A DNA stretch of 64,000 nt from an uncultured Clostridia bacterium (lineage in GTDB: Bacteria; Bacillota; Clostridia; TANB77; CAG-508): NCBI GenBank assembly GCA_934168305.1, contig CAKPNF010000002.1, positions 98,789 to 162,788 on the forward strand, read 5' to 3'. Numbering within the stretch: position 1 is the first letter of the stretch; the number at the start of each line of letters is the position of its first letter. Below the pieces are notes generated by a model, which worked only from the letters and a program-made list of their open reading frames with translations, had not been told where the DNA came from and made no database searches. This document shows, in pieces, positions 10,053-18,845 of the stretch. A program made the translations under genes and the position numbers.

Positions 10053-10094
10053 TTGATTGCTAGAGGCAAATTACAATTTAGTAATTAGTTAGAA

Positions 10095-10129
10095 AAATAG
10101 TAAGTTGTCGCTGAGGTTGAATTTTGAAA
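10095..10129 (+). repeat. Direct repeat copy 2 (AAATAGTAAGTTGTCGCTGAGGTTGAATTT) downstream of the GNAT gene
   Basis: See copy 1. It lies between the GNAT gene and the recombinase gene. Confidence 0.5.
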
Positions 10130-10266
10130 TTTAAATAAAAAACTATAAATTTTTGAGGTGGGTATATAAAGTATGCTCATCTTTTATTATGTCAATTAAA
10201 TATTGTATAATATAGGTAGAGTTCTATATATTGTAAATTATGGAAAAATGTAAGGAGGTAATTGTC

Positions 10267-11262
10267 ATGAGAGAATTGTTTGTTGAAAAAGTAATTGATT
10301 GGGCAGGAGAATTTTTAGACAATAACCAAAGAATAAAATTAAAAGAGATACTTACAGAAATATGTTTAAATTATCACATTGAAATATTAGAACAAAACCA
10401 AAAACAAGAAATACAAAAGAACAATGAAGAAATATTAAATAAATTTATATCATCAAAAGAAATTGAAGGCTGTTCAGTTAGAACATTAAAATATTATAAA
10501 GATAATATAACAAAAATGTTAGATACTGTAAATCTTCCAATAAATGAAATTACAATGGAAACATTAAGAAATTATTTATCAAATTATAAAAACAATTCAA
10601 CTGCGGGTATGGTAACAATAGATAATATAAGAAGAACATTATCAAGTTTTTTTGCTTGGTTGGAAAACGAAGACTATATTGTAAAAAGTCCTGTTAGAAG
10701 AATCCATAAAGTAAAAGCAGTGAAAAAGGTAAAAGAAACGTTAACAGATGAAAATTTAGAAAAATTAAGAGATACTTGCTCAAATGTAAGAGATTTAGCA
10801 ATATTAGAACTATTAATTTCAACTGGTATGAGAGTCGGAGAACTTACTAGATTAAATATATCAGATATGAATTTTCAAGAAAGAAGTTGTATTGTTATAG
10901 GAAAAGGGAATAGTGAAAGAGAAGTTTATTTTAGTGCAAAGAGTAAAATGTATATAAAGAAATATTTGGAAACAAGAACAGATAATAATGAAGCATTATT
11001 TGTTTCACTTATAAAACCCTATAATCGATTAGGAATATCAGGGATTGAAATTGCTATTAGAAACTTAGGAAAACAAGCAAATATAAACAAGGTACATCCA
11101 CATAAATTTAGAAGAACAATGGCAACGATGGCTATTGATAAAGGCATGCCAATAGAACAAGTTCAAAAATTATTGGGACACATAAAAATAGATACTACAA
11201 TGGAATATGCAATGGTAAATCAAAATAATGTAAAAAATTCACATAGAAAATATATTAATTAA
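10267..11262 (+). CDS. Tyrosine-type site-specific recombinase/integrase (XerD-like with an N-terminal extension)
   Basis: The C-terminal catalytic region (HPHKFRRTMATMAIDKGMPIEQVQKLLGHIKIDTTMEYAMV) carries the R..H..R..Y signature. A SAM-like N-domain is present. A strong RBS AAGGAGG sits 8 nt upstream of the ATG. Confidence 0.85.
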   Translation: MRELFVEKVIDWAGEFLDNNQRIKLKEILTEICLNYHIEILEQNQKQEIQKNNEEILNKFISSKEIEGCSVRTLKYYKDNITKMLDTVNLPINEITMETLRNYLSNYKNNSTAGMVTIDNIRRTLSSFFAWLENEDYIVKSPVRRIHKVKAVKKVKETLTDENLEKLRDTCSNVRDLAILELLISTGMRVGELTRLNISDMNFQERSCIVIGKGNSEREVYFSAKSKMYIKKYLETRTDNNEALFVSLIKPYNRLGISGIEIAIRNLGKQANINKVHPHKFRRTMATMAIDKGMPIEQVQKLLGHIKIDTTMEYAMVNQNNVKNSHRKYIN

Positions 11263-11607
11263 ATTGGATAAATAAAAAGTTGAATGTATAAAGCAAAAAG
11301 TCAGGATTAAATGATAAAAAATTCAAAAATTATATTAAAACCTAGTAATATTAACGGTTACATGAAATTTAAAACATCAAAAACAGTTAAGGCCGTTGAT
11401 ATTGCTAGTTTTAGATATTTAATTAATATTTTATTGGATTTTTAAATTCTGAAATAGTTAATTTGGCTGAATATAATTTTATATATTTTTAATATACAAA
11501 AAATTAAATTTTTGTAATAAAAGATTTTTGTAATCCAATTGCATAAAGAATTACAACTTTTAAAAATAAAATTTCATGATTTAGTAATGGCAAAAAGTCA
11601 GAAAATA

Positions 11608-11636
11608 TAGACAATTCAATGTTTTTGTAATATAAT
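11608..11636 (+). promoter_or_regulatory. Sigma-A-like promoter TAGACA-17-TATAAT for the five-gene module
   Basis: The -35 element TAGACA is at 11608-11613 and the -10 element TATAAT at 11631-11636, with a 17 nt spacer. It lies about 30 bp upstream of the Nudix gene. Confidence 0.5.
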
Positions 11637-11663
11637 GATTGTATCAAAAAAGGAGGCATTTAA

Positions 11664-12206
11664 ATGGAAGAGAAGTTAGACGTATTAAATGAACGTGGGG
11701 AGTTTACAGGAAAGGTAGCTACAAGAGAAGAATGTCACAGGGAAGGATTGTGGCACAGAGCTGTATACGGATTCATAATAGATAAAAATTCAAATGTATT
11801 ATTACAAAAAAGAAGTCAAAATAAAAAACTATGGCCGAACAAATGGGATGTAACTGTTGGTGGACATGTGGATTCAGGTGAATTTGGAAGACAAACAATA
11901 ATCAGAGAGTGTAAAGAAGAACTTGGAATTGATGTAAAAGAAAACGAAATAAAATATCTAATATCTTCTACATCTGTGTATGAAAAGAATAACTATTCAA
12001 ATAAGCACTATGATGAATGTTATTTGATTTTGAAAGATGTTGACATTACAAAGTTAAAACTTCAAAAAGAGGAGGTATCTGATGTTCAGTATTTTTCGAA
12101 AGAAGAATTATTAGAAAGAATAGAAAATAATTTTGATGGATTAACAGAAAAAACTGGTTCATGGCATTTTTTAAAGAAAATATTAGAAGATGGTAGAATA
12201 AACTAA
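11664..12206 (+). CDS. Nudix hydrolase
   Basis: A complete Nudix box GGHVDSGEFGRQTIIRECKEELGI (Gx5Ex7REUxEExGU) is present. Confidence 0.85.
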   Translation: MEEKLDVLNERGEFTGKVATREECHREGLWHRAVYGFIIDKNSNVLLQKRSQNKKLWPNKWDVTVGGHVDSGEFGRQTIIRECKEELGIDVKENEIKYLISSTSVYEKNNYSNKHYDECYLILKDVDITKLKLQKEEVSDVQYFSKEELLERIENNFDGLTEKTGSWHFLKKILEDGRIN

Positions 12207-12242
12207 AATAGAGATTACAAATATAACATGGAGGTAAAATGT

Positions 12243-12893
12243 ATGTTGAGCTTACACTATGATTTAGATAATGAAAAAGTAAAATATTTAATTACTACAG
12301 ATGACAAATTAGGTAAATTAATTAAATATATCAATAAAACTGAATTGATAATTGAAGAAGATGGCTTTAAATGTATTGTTAAGTATATAATAGGACAGCA
12401 AATTAGTGATAAAGCTCGTGAAACTATTTGGCAACGTGTATGTGCAATTTTGAAAAATATAACACCTGAAAATATACTAGCGATAAATGATAATGAATTA
12501 AGAAAAGTAGGATTATCAGAACGTAAAATTAATTACATAAAAATATTAGCATCAGCTGTTATCAGTGAAGATATAAATTTTTATGATTTTAAGGAACTCA
12601 CCAATGAAGAAATTATAAAAAAGTTAACTGCATTAAAAGGTATTGGTCAATGGACTGCTGAAATGTATTTGATTTTTTCATTAGGAAGAGAAAATGTACT
12701 TTCAAAAGGAGATGGAACAATTAGACGTACAATACAGTGGATGTACGATTTGGAAAAATTACCATCTTCGGAAATATTGCTTAAATATTTTAGCAGTTGG
12801 ACTCAGTATGCAACAATTGTATCATCATATCTTTGGAAATCAATTGAATTAGGATTGGTGCAAAGACCTTTTAATGAGATTATATCAAATTAG
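12243..12893 (+). CDS. HhH-GPD family DNA glycosylase (AlkA / 3-methyladenine DNA glycosylase II-like)
   Basis: The helix-hairpin-helix LKGIGQWTAEMYLIFSLGRENVLSKGDGTIRR includes the catalytic Asp. The likely start is the ATG at 12243, after a GGAGG RBS. Confidence 0.75.
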   Translation: MLSLHYDLDNEKVKYLITTDDKLGKLIKYINKTELIIEEDGFKCIVKYIIGQQISDKARETIWQRVCAILKNITPENILAINDNELRKVGLSERKINYIKILASAVISEDINFYDFKELTNEEIIKKLTALKGIGQWTAEMYLIFSLGRENVLSKGDGTIRRTIQWMYDLEKLPSSEILLKYFSSWTQYATIVSSYLWKSIELGLVQRPFNEIISN

Positions 12894-12905
12894 GAGGCTA
12901 AAAGT

Positions 12906-14156
12906 ATGGATAATGGAAAATTATATTGGATGAATTATTCTATTAATATTGCTAATGGTTCAAAAGATAATAATTTGCGTGTAGGTGCTGTTTTAGTTAC
13001 AGAAGATAATAAGCTAGTTTGTTCTGCTTATACAGACGAATGTTCTGGTTTATCGTGGTATGAAATATTATTGTCTAAAATAGAAAAAATAAATGTAAAT
13101 AAGGCTTACTATTTATTTTTAACAGTAAATACACTATTTTCGGAATCAGAATTTGACTTAAATAAACTAATGGAAAAAATAGCCATTGAAGAAATATACA
13201 TAGGTGTTCCAGACCCTAATTTGGCAGATTATTTATCGAATGATCCGATTGGTACATTCAGGAATATTTATCGTTATTCAGACAATTTGAAAAGAATGAT
13301 ATTGCAGCAAAATCTTAATTATTACAGAAATGTTAAACAAAATATAAAATCTAGTCCATATTATTCTGCTAAGAGAATAAGCAATATAGTTATGGAAAAA
13401 CTAGAAGAAAAAGGTATTTTTATTTCTAAAGAAGAATTGCAATCAAATAAACAAATTGAAAAATTAATTCAATTGATTGTTGAAAAGTATAAGTTTAATA
13501 TAGATGATGCTAGTAAGCTAGTAAATTTGGTAATGTCTGAAGCATTTGATGAGAAATATGCAACATATAATTATTCAGATGATGCTCGTTCACTTAGTGT
13601 GGATTGGAAGAATAATTTTTTAAAGATATATAACAAACTGTTATTATCTTCATTGGAAAATAAAGATATATTAGATGTTGGTGTAGGAAGTGGTAATGAA
13701 GCAATAGCATTATTTTCTAATTGCCCTAATATTACATTTGTTGATATTGCACCAAATGGTTTGAAAAAGATAAAAAAACAAATTCCGAAATCAAATATTG
13801 TTGTATCAAGGGCTGAAAAGCTTGTTACATTAATAAATAATAGCTATGATATTTATATATCATTAAGAACATATAATTCGTCCTTTTTCAATGTAAAACA
13901 AGCAATTTCAGAAGCACATAGAGTTTTAAAAAAAGATGGTATTATAATTATTTCTATTGCAAATGGTTTTTTAAGCCCAGAGAATCAATATATAATTCCG
14001 GGCTTACTTATTCCAGGAACAGAGTTTGTTGATATTTATAGAGGGTTTGATATTATAAAGAAATTGTCGACAGAACTTTGTAATAATGGTTTTGAAGATA
14101 TTAAATTTTTTCCAACAAAGGTAGAACTTTTTTTAACGGCTAAGGCAAAAAAATGA
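12906..14156 (+). CDS. Fusion of a cytidine/dCMP-deaminase-fold-like N-domain (zinc ligands not conserved) to a class I SAM-dependent methyltransferase
   Basis: The N-domain reads VGAVLVTEDNKLVCSAYTDEC...YLFLTVNTL...IEEIYIGVPDPN. It parallels the CDA fold but lacks the H-A-E and PCxxC motifs. The C-domain carries MTase motif I (LDVGVGSGNEAIALF) and a post-II motif (VLKKDGIIIIS). Confidence 0.6.
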   Translation: MDNGKLYWMNYSINIANGSKDNNLRVGAVLVTEDNKLVCSAYTDECSGLSWYEILLSKIEKINVNKAYYLFLTVNTLFSESEFDLNKLMEKIAIEEIYIGVPDPNLADYLSNDPIGTFRNIYRYSDNLKRMILQQNLNYYRNVKQNIKSSPYYSAKRISNIVMEKLEEKGIFISKEELQSNKQIEKLIQLIVEKYKFNIDDASKLVNLVMSEAFDEKYATYNYSDDARSLSVDWKNNFLKIYNKLLLSSLENKDILDVGVGSGNEAIALFSNCPNITFVDIAPNGLKKIKKQIPKSNIVVSRAEKLVTLINNSYDIYISLRTYNSSFFNVKQAISEAHRVLKKDGIIIISIANGFLSPENQYIIPGLLIPGTEFVDIYRGFDIIKKLSTELCNNGFEDIKFFPTKVELFLTAKAKK

Positions 14157-14181
14157 TGTGAATTTTTAAAGGAGGTACTAA

Positions 14182-14937
14182 ATGATTGAACCAAAAACAT
14201 TTGCTCAGAAAGTAATAGAATTTAATAAAGAATTATCCAAAATATCAATGGAATTACCGGATGGTTTTAAAATTATAAATCCATTTAATGGAAGTCAAAA
14301 AGAAATAGTAAATGAAATTTCAACAGTATTCTACAAAAGGTTTTATAATGACTGTAATAAGCGTCATATAATATTAGGAAGTTCTCCAGCACGTAGAGGA
14401 ACAGCTATTACAGGTGTACCATTTGAGGATGCGGCACATCTTCAAAAAGAAACGGGTATTCTGATTGATAAGTTTTATGTTAACAAGTCATCGTCAGGCT
14501 TTTTATATGATGTAATTGAAAAATATGGTGGCTGCAAAAAGTTTTATTCTGATTTTTATATGAATTTTGTCTGTCCTGTTGGTATAGTTAGAACTAATTC
14601 AAAAGGAAATGAAGTTAACTGTAATTATTATGATAGTAAAAAATTACAAGAAACATTGTATTCACTTATTGTTAATTCAATACAGGCACAAATTGATTTA
14701 GGAATTGATACTTCCATATGTTATTGTATCGGAAGTGGAGAAAATTATACTTTTTTATCTAAGATAAATGAAAAACACAAATTTTTTGAAGAAATTATAC
14801 CATTAGAACATCCACGATTTATAATGCAATATAATTCAAAACATAAAGATGAATTTCTTGAAAAGTATTTGACAGCTTTAAAACAAAATCATAATAAAGA
14901 AAAGGAGAATAATATAGAATATGATAGAGAAAGATAG
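14182..14937 (+). CDS. Uracil-DNA glycosylase superfamily-like protein (divergent)
   Basis: A motif-A-like GSSPARRGTAITGVPFED (GxxPxxxGxxxxGxPF) and a motif-B-like EHPRF (HP) sit near the C-terminus. Several Cys residues are present. The family assignment needs an HMM search. Confidence 0.5.
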   Translation: MIEPKTFAQKVIEFNKELSKISMELPDGFKIINPFNGSQKEIVNEISTVFYKRFYNDCNKRHIILGSSPARRGTAITGVPFEDAAHLQKETGILIDKFYVNKSSSGFLYDVIEKYGGCKKFYSDFYMNFVCPVGIVRTNSKGNEVNCNYYDSKKLQETLYSLIVNSIQAQIDLGIDTSICYCIGSGENYTFLSKINEKHKFFEEIIPLEHPRFIMQYNSKHKDEFLEKYLTALKQNHNKEKENNIEYDRER

Positions 14938-15703
14938 TAAAATATTAGTTCATTTTGATACTAACGATACAAGTATATATCAGCTAAAAGGAGATAGTAT
15001 ATCATTAATAAAAAAAGAAAGAGTTTTTTTTAATGAAACACTAATACATGACGAGTTATTCAAAAAGATTGATTATGTTATTGAAAAACTAAGAATGATT
15101 GTAGAAAAAGTTGATAATGAAAGTGTAAGATTATATGCTACTGGAGTCTTTCAGGAATTTTCAGAAGAAGAACAAACACAATTAATAATACATGTTTTTG
15201 TAAATTCAGGCTTATGTTTTAATATAGTAAAGCCTGATTTAGAACAATTTTACATTGAAAAAGGTTTGGAGAAAAGTAACGAAAAAAATATTATTAATGG
15301 AATTGTTCAACAGGAATTTAGAAAGGTTGTTATATGTGGTAGTTTTCAACAGAATATGCAAGAAATAGGGAACATCATAGGAATCTTAAAAAAACGAAAT
15401 ATTCAGATATTAAGTCCTTGGACAATGGATATTGTTCCTGAGTCCTTAGGTACTGACTTTATTCTTCTAGAAGGTCAAGAGTTAGTAAATGAAAGGGATG
15501 CATGGAGACATAAATATGATCATATGAATAAATTTAAAAAAGCAGATGCTATTATAGTATGTAATCCTGAAGGAAGAATAGGAAAAGGGACTATGTTTGA
15601 ATTTGGTTTCATGATAGCGTATTCAAAAAGAATTATTTTTACAAATGAACCGAAAGACTTATCAATTCCATTTCCATATGAGATAGGATTAAATTTTATG
15701 TAA
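14921..15703 (+). CDS. Unknown N-domain fused to a nucleoside 2-deoxyribosyltransferase / DNPH1(Rcl)-like domain
   Basis: The C-terminal half reads KVVICGSF...ADAIIVCNPEGRIGKGTMFEFGFMIAYSKRIIF. It resembles the NDT/DNPH1 pattern (YFCGSI...ADaviAxLDg..D.GTa.EiGyA.algKpv). The ORF overlaps the upstream gene by 17 bp. Confidence 0.5.
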   Translation: MIEKDSKILVHFDTNDTSIYQLKGDSISLIKKERVFFNETLIHDELFKKIDYVIEKLRMIVEKVDNESVRLYATGVFQEFSEEEQTQLIIHVFVNSGLCFNIVKPDLEQFYIEKGLEKSNEKNIINGIVQQEFRKVVICGSFQQNMQEIGNIIGILKKRNIQILSPWTMDIVPESLGTDFILLEGQELVNERDAWRHKYDHMNKFKKADAIIVCNPEGRIGKGTMFEFGFMIAYSKRIIFTNEPKDLSIPFPYEIGLNFM

Positions 15704-15883
15704 TATTTTATTGAAATAGAATAATTTGAAATTTGCAAAAAGAACAGCTTATATAAGAATTTTTTAGATGTTCTTTTATTAAAAATATAAGTTATGCATC
15801 TTAGCAACAAATTACAATTTATCGTTGAAAATAAATTAGTAACAATTAATTATACTTTACATAAAATAAAGTCAAAAATTCAT

Positions 15884-15911
15884 TGACAAACTTTGAATTT
15901 AGTAGTATAAT
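15884..15911 (+). promoter_or_regulatory. Sigma-A promoter TTGACA-16-TATAAT upstream of typA
   Basis: A TTGACA is at 15884-15889 and a TATAAT at 15906-15911. Confidence 0.5.
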
Positions 15912-15960
15912 TTTAAAGTTAGAAAGAAACGGAATTTAAATAAAAAAAGGGGTAATAAAA

Positions 15961-17775
15961 ATGAACAACAAAAATATAAGAAACATAGCAATAATAGCAC
16001 ACGTTGACCATGGAAAAACAACATTAGTAGATGCATTATTAAGACAAAGTCATGTATTCAGAGAAAATGAACAAGTCCAAGAAAGAGTAATGGACTCAAA
16101 TGACCAAGAAAAAGAAAGAGGAATAACAATACTATCTAAAAACACATCAGTAATGCACGGAGACATCAAAATAAACATAGTAGACACACCAGGACATGCT
16201 GACTTCGGAGGAGAAGTAGAAAGAGTTTTAAAAACAGTTGATGGAGTTTTACTATTAGTAGACGCATTTGAAGGAGCAATGCCACAAACAAGAGAAGTAC
16301 TAAAAAAATCATTAGCATTAGGACTAAAACCAATAGTAGTAATAAACAAAATAGATAGACCTGGAGCACAACCAGAAAAAGTTGTAGATCAAGTTATCGA
16401 ATTATTCATTGAACTAGATGCAACAGACGAACAATTAGACTTCCCTGTAGTATATGCATCAGCAAAAAACGGAATTGCAAAAATGGACTTAGCAGATGAA
16501 ACAACAGATTTATCTTGCTTATTTGAAACTATAATAAACACAATAGAACCACCAAAATGTGAAATAGAAGGACCAGCACAAATGTTAGTATCTAACATAG
16601 ATTATGACGATTATGTTGGAAGAATTGGTATAGGAAGACTTGAAAGAGGAACAATGAAAGTTGGAATGCCAGTCAGCATTTGTGGAAAAGAAGACAAAAT
16701 AACACAAGGAAGAATAGCAAAATTATATACACACGTTGGACTTAAAAAAGTTGAAGTTGAAGAAGTTGGAGCAGGTGATATCATAGAATTTGCAGGACTA
16801 TCAGACATCAACATAGGTGATACAGTATGTGATTTTGAACATCCAGAAAAAATACCATTTGTAGACATTGACGAACCAACAGTAACAATGACATTTAGTG
16901 TAAACAATGGACCATTTGCTGGAAAAGAAGGACAATTTGTAACATCAAGACATATAAGAGATAGATTATATAAAGAACTAGAAAGAAACGTATCATTAAG
17001 AGTAAAAGATGGAGCAACACCAGACTCATTTGAAGTATCAGGTAGAGGTGAATTACATTTATCAGTATTAATCGAAACAATGAGAAGAGAAGGATTTGAA
17101 CTATTAGTTTCAAGACCAAAAGTTATTTTCAAAGAAATTGATGGAGTTAAATGTGAACCAATCGAACTATTAGTTGTAAATGTACCAGATGACTGTGTAG
17201 GAAATGTAATTGAAAAATTAGGAAGAAGAAAAGCTGAAATGGTTAACATGGAACCTGCAGAGGCTGGACATACAAAAATAGAATTCAGAATTCCTGCAAG
17301 AGGAATAATTGGATATAGAACAGAATTCCTTACAGACACAAAAGGTGAAGGAACAATGAACCACATATTTGACGCATATGAACCATATAAAGGAGATATC
17401 CAAGCTCGTGTTAGAGGAACAATAGTTGCATTTGAACCAGGTAAATCAGTAACATACGGATTATATAATGCACAAGATAAAGGTGACCTATTCATAGGAC
17501 CAGGTGTAGATGTTTACGAAGGTATGATTGTTGGATTAAATTCAAGAGGAGAAGATTTAGCAATAAATGTATGTAAAGAAAAACACTTAACAAATACTAG
17601 AGCATCAGGTTCAGATGAAGCATTAAGACTAGTTCCACCAATCCAAATGTCACTAGAAAAAGCTATTGAATTTATTCAAGATGATGAACTAGTTGAAATA
17701 ACACCAAAATCTATTAGATTGAGAAAAAAAATATTAGATTCTAAAGAAAGAGAAAGAGCTAATAGAAACAAATAA
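15961..17775 (+). CDS. typA: Translational GTPase TypA/BipA
   Basis: The G-domain carries AHVDHGKTTL, DTPGHADF and NKID. The 604 aa protein has EF-G-like architecture. Confidence 0.9.
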   Translation: MNNKNIRNIAIIAHVDHGKTTLVDALLRQSHVFRENEQVQERVMDSNDQEKERGITILSKNTSVMHGDIKINIVDTPGHADFGGEVERVLKTVDGVLLLVDAFEGAMPQTREVLKKSLALGLKPIVVINKIDRPGAQPEKVVDQVIELFIELDATDEQLDFPVVYASAKNGIAKMDLADETTDLSCLFETIINTIEPPKCEIEGPAQMLVSNIDYDDYVGRIGIGRLERGTMKVGMPVSICGKEDKITQGRIAKLYTHVGLKKVEVEEVGAGDIIEFAGLSDINIGDTVCDFEHPEKIPFVDIDEPTVTMTFSVNNGPFAGKEGQFVTSRHIRDRLYKELERNVSLRVKDGATPDSFEVSGRGELHLSVLIETMRREGFELLVSRPKVIFKEIDGVKCEPIELLVVNVPDDCVGNVIEKLGRRKAEMVNMEPAEAGHTKIEFRIPARGIIGYRTEFLTDTKGEGTMNHIFDAYEPYKGDIQARVRGTIVAFEPGKSVTYGLYNAQDKGDLFIGPGVDVYEGMIVGLNSRGEDLAINVCKEKHLTNTRASGSDEALRLVPPIQMSLEKAIEFIQDDELVEITPKSIRLRKKILDSKERERANRNK

Positions 17776-17798
17776 TATTATTTTATTGAGGTGAAAAA

Positions 17799-18134
17799 AT
17801 GGCCAAAAAAATGAATAAAAGGGGTAAAATAGAAATACATAGAATTACTCGTGGAGTTACAATCGATAATATTGCTAGAAATATTGAAGTTAGAAATAGT
17901 TCTGTTGCTGGAATAATAAGGGATGATACTAAAAATAGAACATATGTAATAAATAAAATATTGGATAATATGTCTAATGGAATGACAGAAGATGATTCAT
18001 TAGAATTAATAATGCAAGATAAAATTGTTGAACAATTTAAATATCTTGAAAACAATGGATGTAACATAAAGAATTGTTTTAGAAATTGGGCAAGAGGTTA
18101 TAAAAATAGAAAAGAAAAACAAAAAGAAAAATAA
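17799..18134 (+). CDS. Hypothetical protein (111 aa, basic C-terminus)
   Basis: It is an ORF with an RBS directly after typA. A weak terminator hairpin lies at about 18137-18165. No family was recognised. Confidence 0.45.
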   Translation: MAKKMNKRGKIEIHRITRGVTIDNIARNIEVRNSSVAGIIRDDTKNRTYVINKILDNMSNGMTEDDSLELIMQDKIVEQFKYLENNGCNIKNCFRNWARGYKNRKEKQKEK

Positions 18135-18186
18135 AAGTTAGACTTAAAGGTCTGACTTTTTTAAATAAAAAATAGAGGTTATTAAG

Positions 18187-18774
18187 ATGAATAAGAATGA
18201 ATTAGAAATAATAAAACAGAAAGCATTAGAAGCACATATACCTATAATAATGGATGATACTTTAGAGATAATTGAAAAAGAATTAAAAGAAAATCCACCA
18301 AAAAGAATATTGGAAATAGGAGCAGCAGTTGGATATTCTGCAATGTGTTTTTCAGAATTTTTAGCTGATGAAGGTAGAATAGATACAATTGAAAGAGATG
18401 AAGAAAGAATTCAAGAAGCAAAAGAAAACTTCAAAAAAGTTGGAGTAGAAAACAAAATCAACCTTTATGAAGGAGATGCTGTCGAAATTTTACCAACACT
18501 AAATGAAAAATATGATATGGTTTTTATTGATGCGGCAAAAGGAAAATATCCATTTTTCTTAAAGGAATCATTAAGAATGATAAATGAAAATGGAGTTATT
18601 TTTGCAGATAATATTTTGTATAAAGGTTATGTTATGAGTGATTATAACAAACATAAACAACGTACTGCTGTAAGAAATTTAAGAGAATATATAAAAGAAG
18701 TTTCTGAAAATCCAAATCTTGAAACAGAAATTTTGGAAGTAGGAGATGGATTAGCAATAAGTAAAATAAAATAG
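18187..18774 (+). CDS. Class I SAM-dependent O-methyltransferase (YrrM/TrmR-like)
   Basis: Motif I ILEIGAAVGYSAM is present. The ~195 aa size and the caffeoyl-CoA-OMT-like pattern (VFIDAAKGKY) fit. Confidence 0.7.
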   Translation: MNKNELEIIKQKALEAHIPIIMDDTLEIIEKELKENPPKRILEIGAAVGYSAMCFSEFLADEGRIDTIERDEERIQEAKENFKKVGVENKINLYEGDAVEILPTLNEKYDMVFIDAAKGKYPFFLKESLRMINENGVIFADNILYKGYVMSDYNKHKQRTAVRNLREYIKEVSENPNLETEILEVGDGLAISKIK

Positions 18775-18845
18775 TTATAAGTAAAAATTTCTCTATGTAA
18801 GTGGGGATGTTATTCTTTAAATAATTAAAAAAGAAGTGCACTGCG

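Noticed and set aside
10267-15703. A prophage or integrative element with phage structural genes.
   Set aside because: No capsid, terminase, tail or replication genes are present. Only a recombinase plus enzymatic cargo is found, so it is treated as a small island or operon rather than a prophage.
10064-15850. A shared 14-mer CAAATTACAATTTA at 10066-10079 and 15810-15823 as attL/attR flanking the recombinase and cargo.
   Set aside because: In roughly 28% GC DNA, dozens of exact 14-mer matches are expected by chance within 64 kb. The positions are suggestive, but the evidence is insufficient without comparison to an empty site.
16611-17495. A 294 aa minus-strand ORF inside typA. Similar long antisense ORFs occur elsewhere, for example 46200-47048 in pgk, 20122-20832 and 20229-20675 in the U32 gene, and 51506-51937 in the GGGtGRT gene.
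   Set aside because: They are antisense to strongly recognisable conserved genes and have biased Ser/Leu/Phe-rich composition. They are stop-codon-poor antisense frames of the coding strand, not genes.
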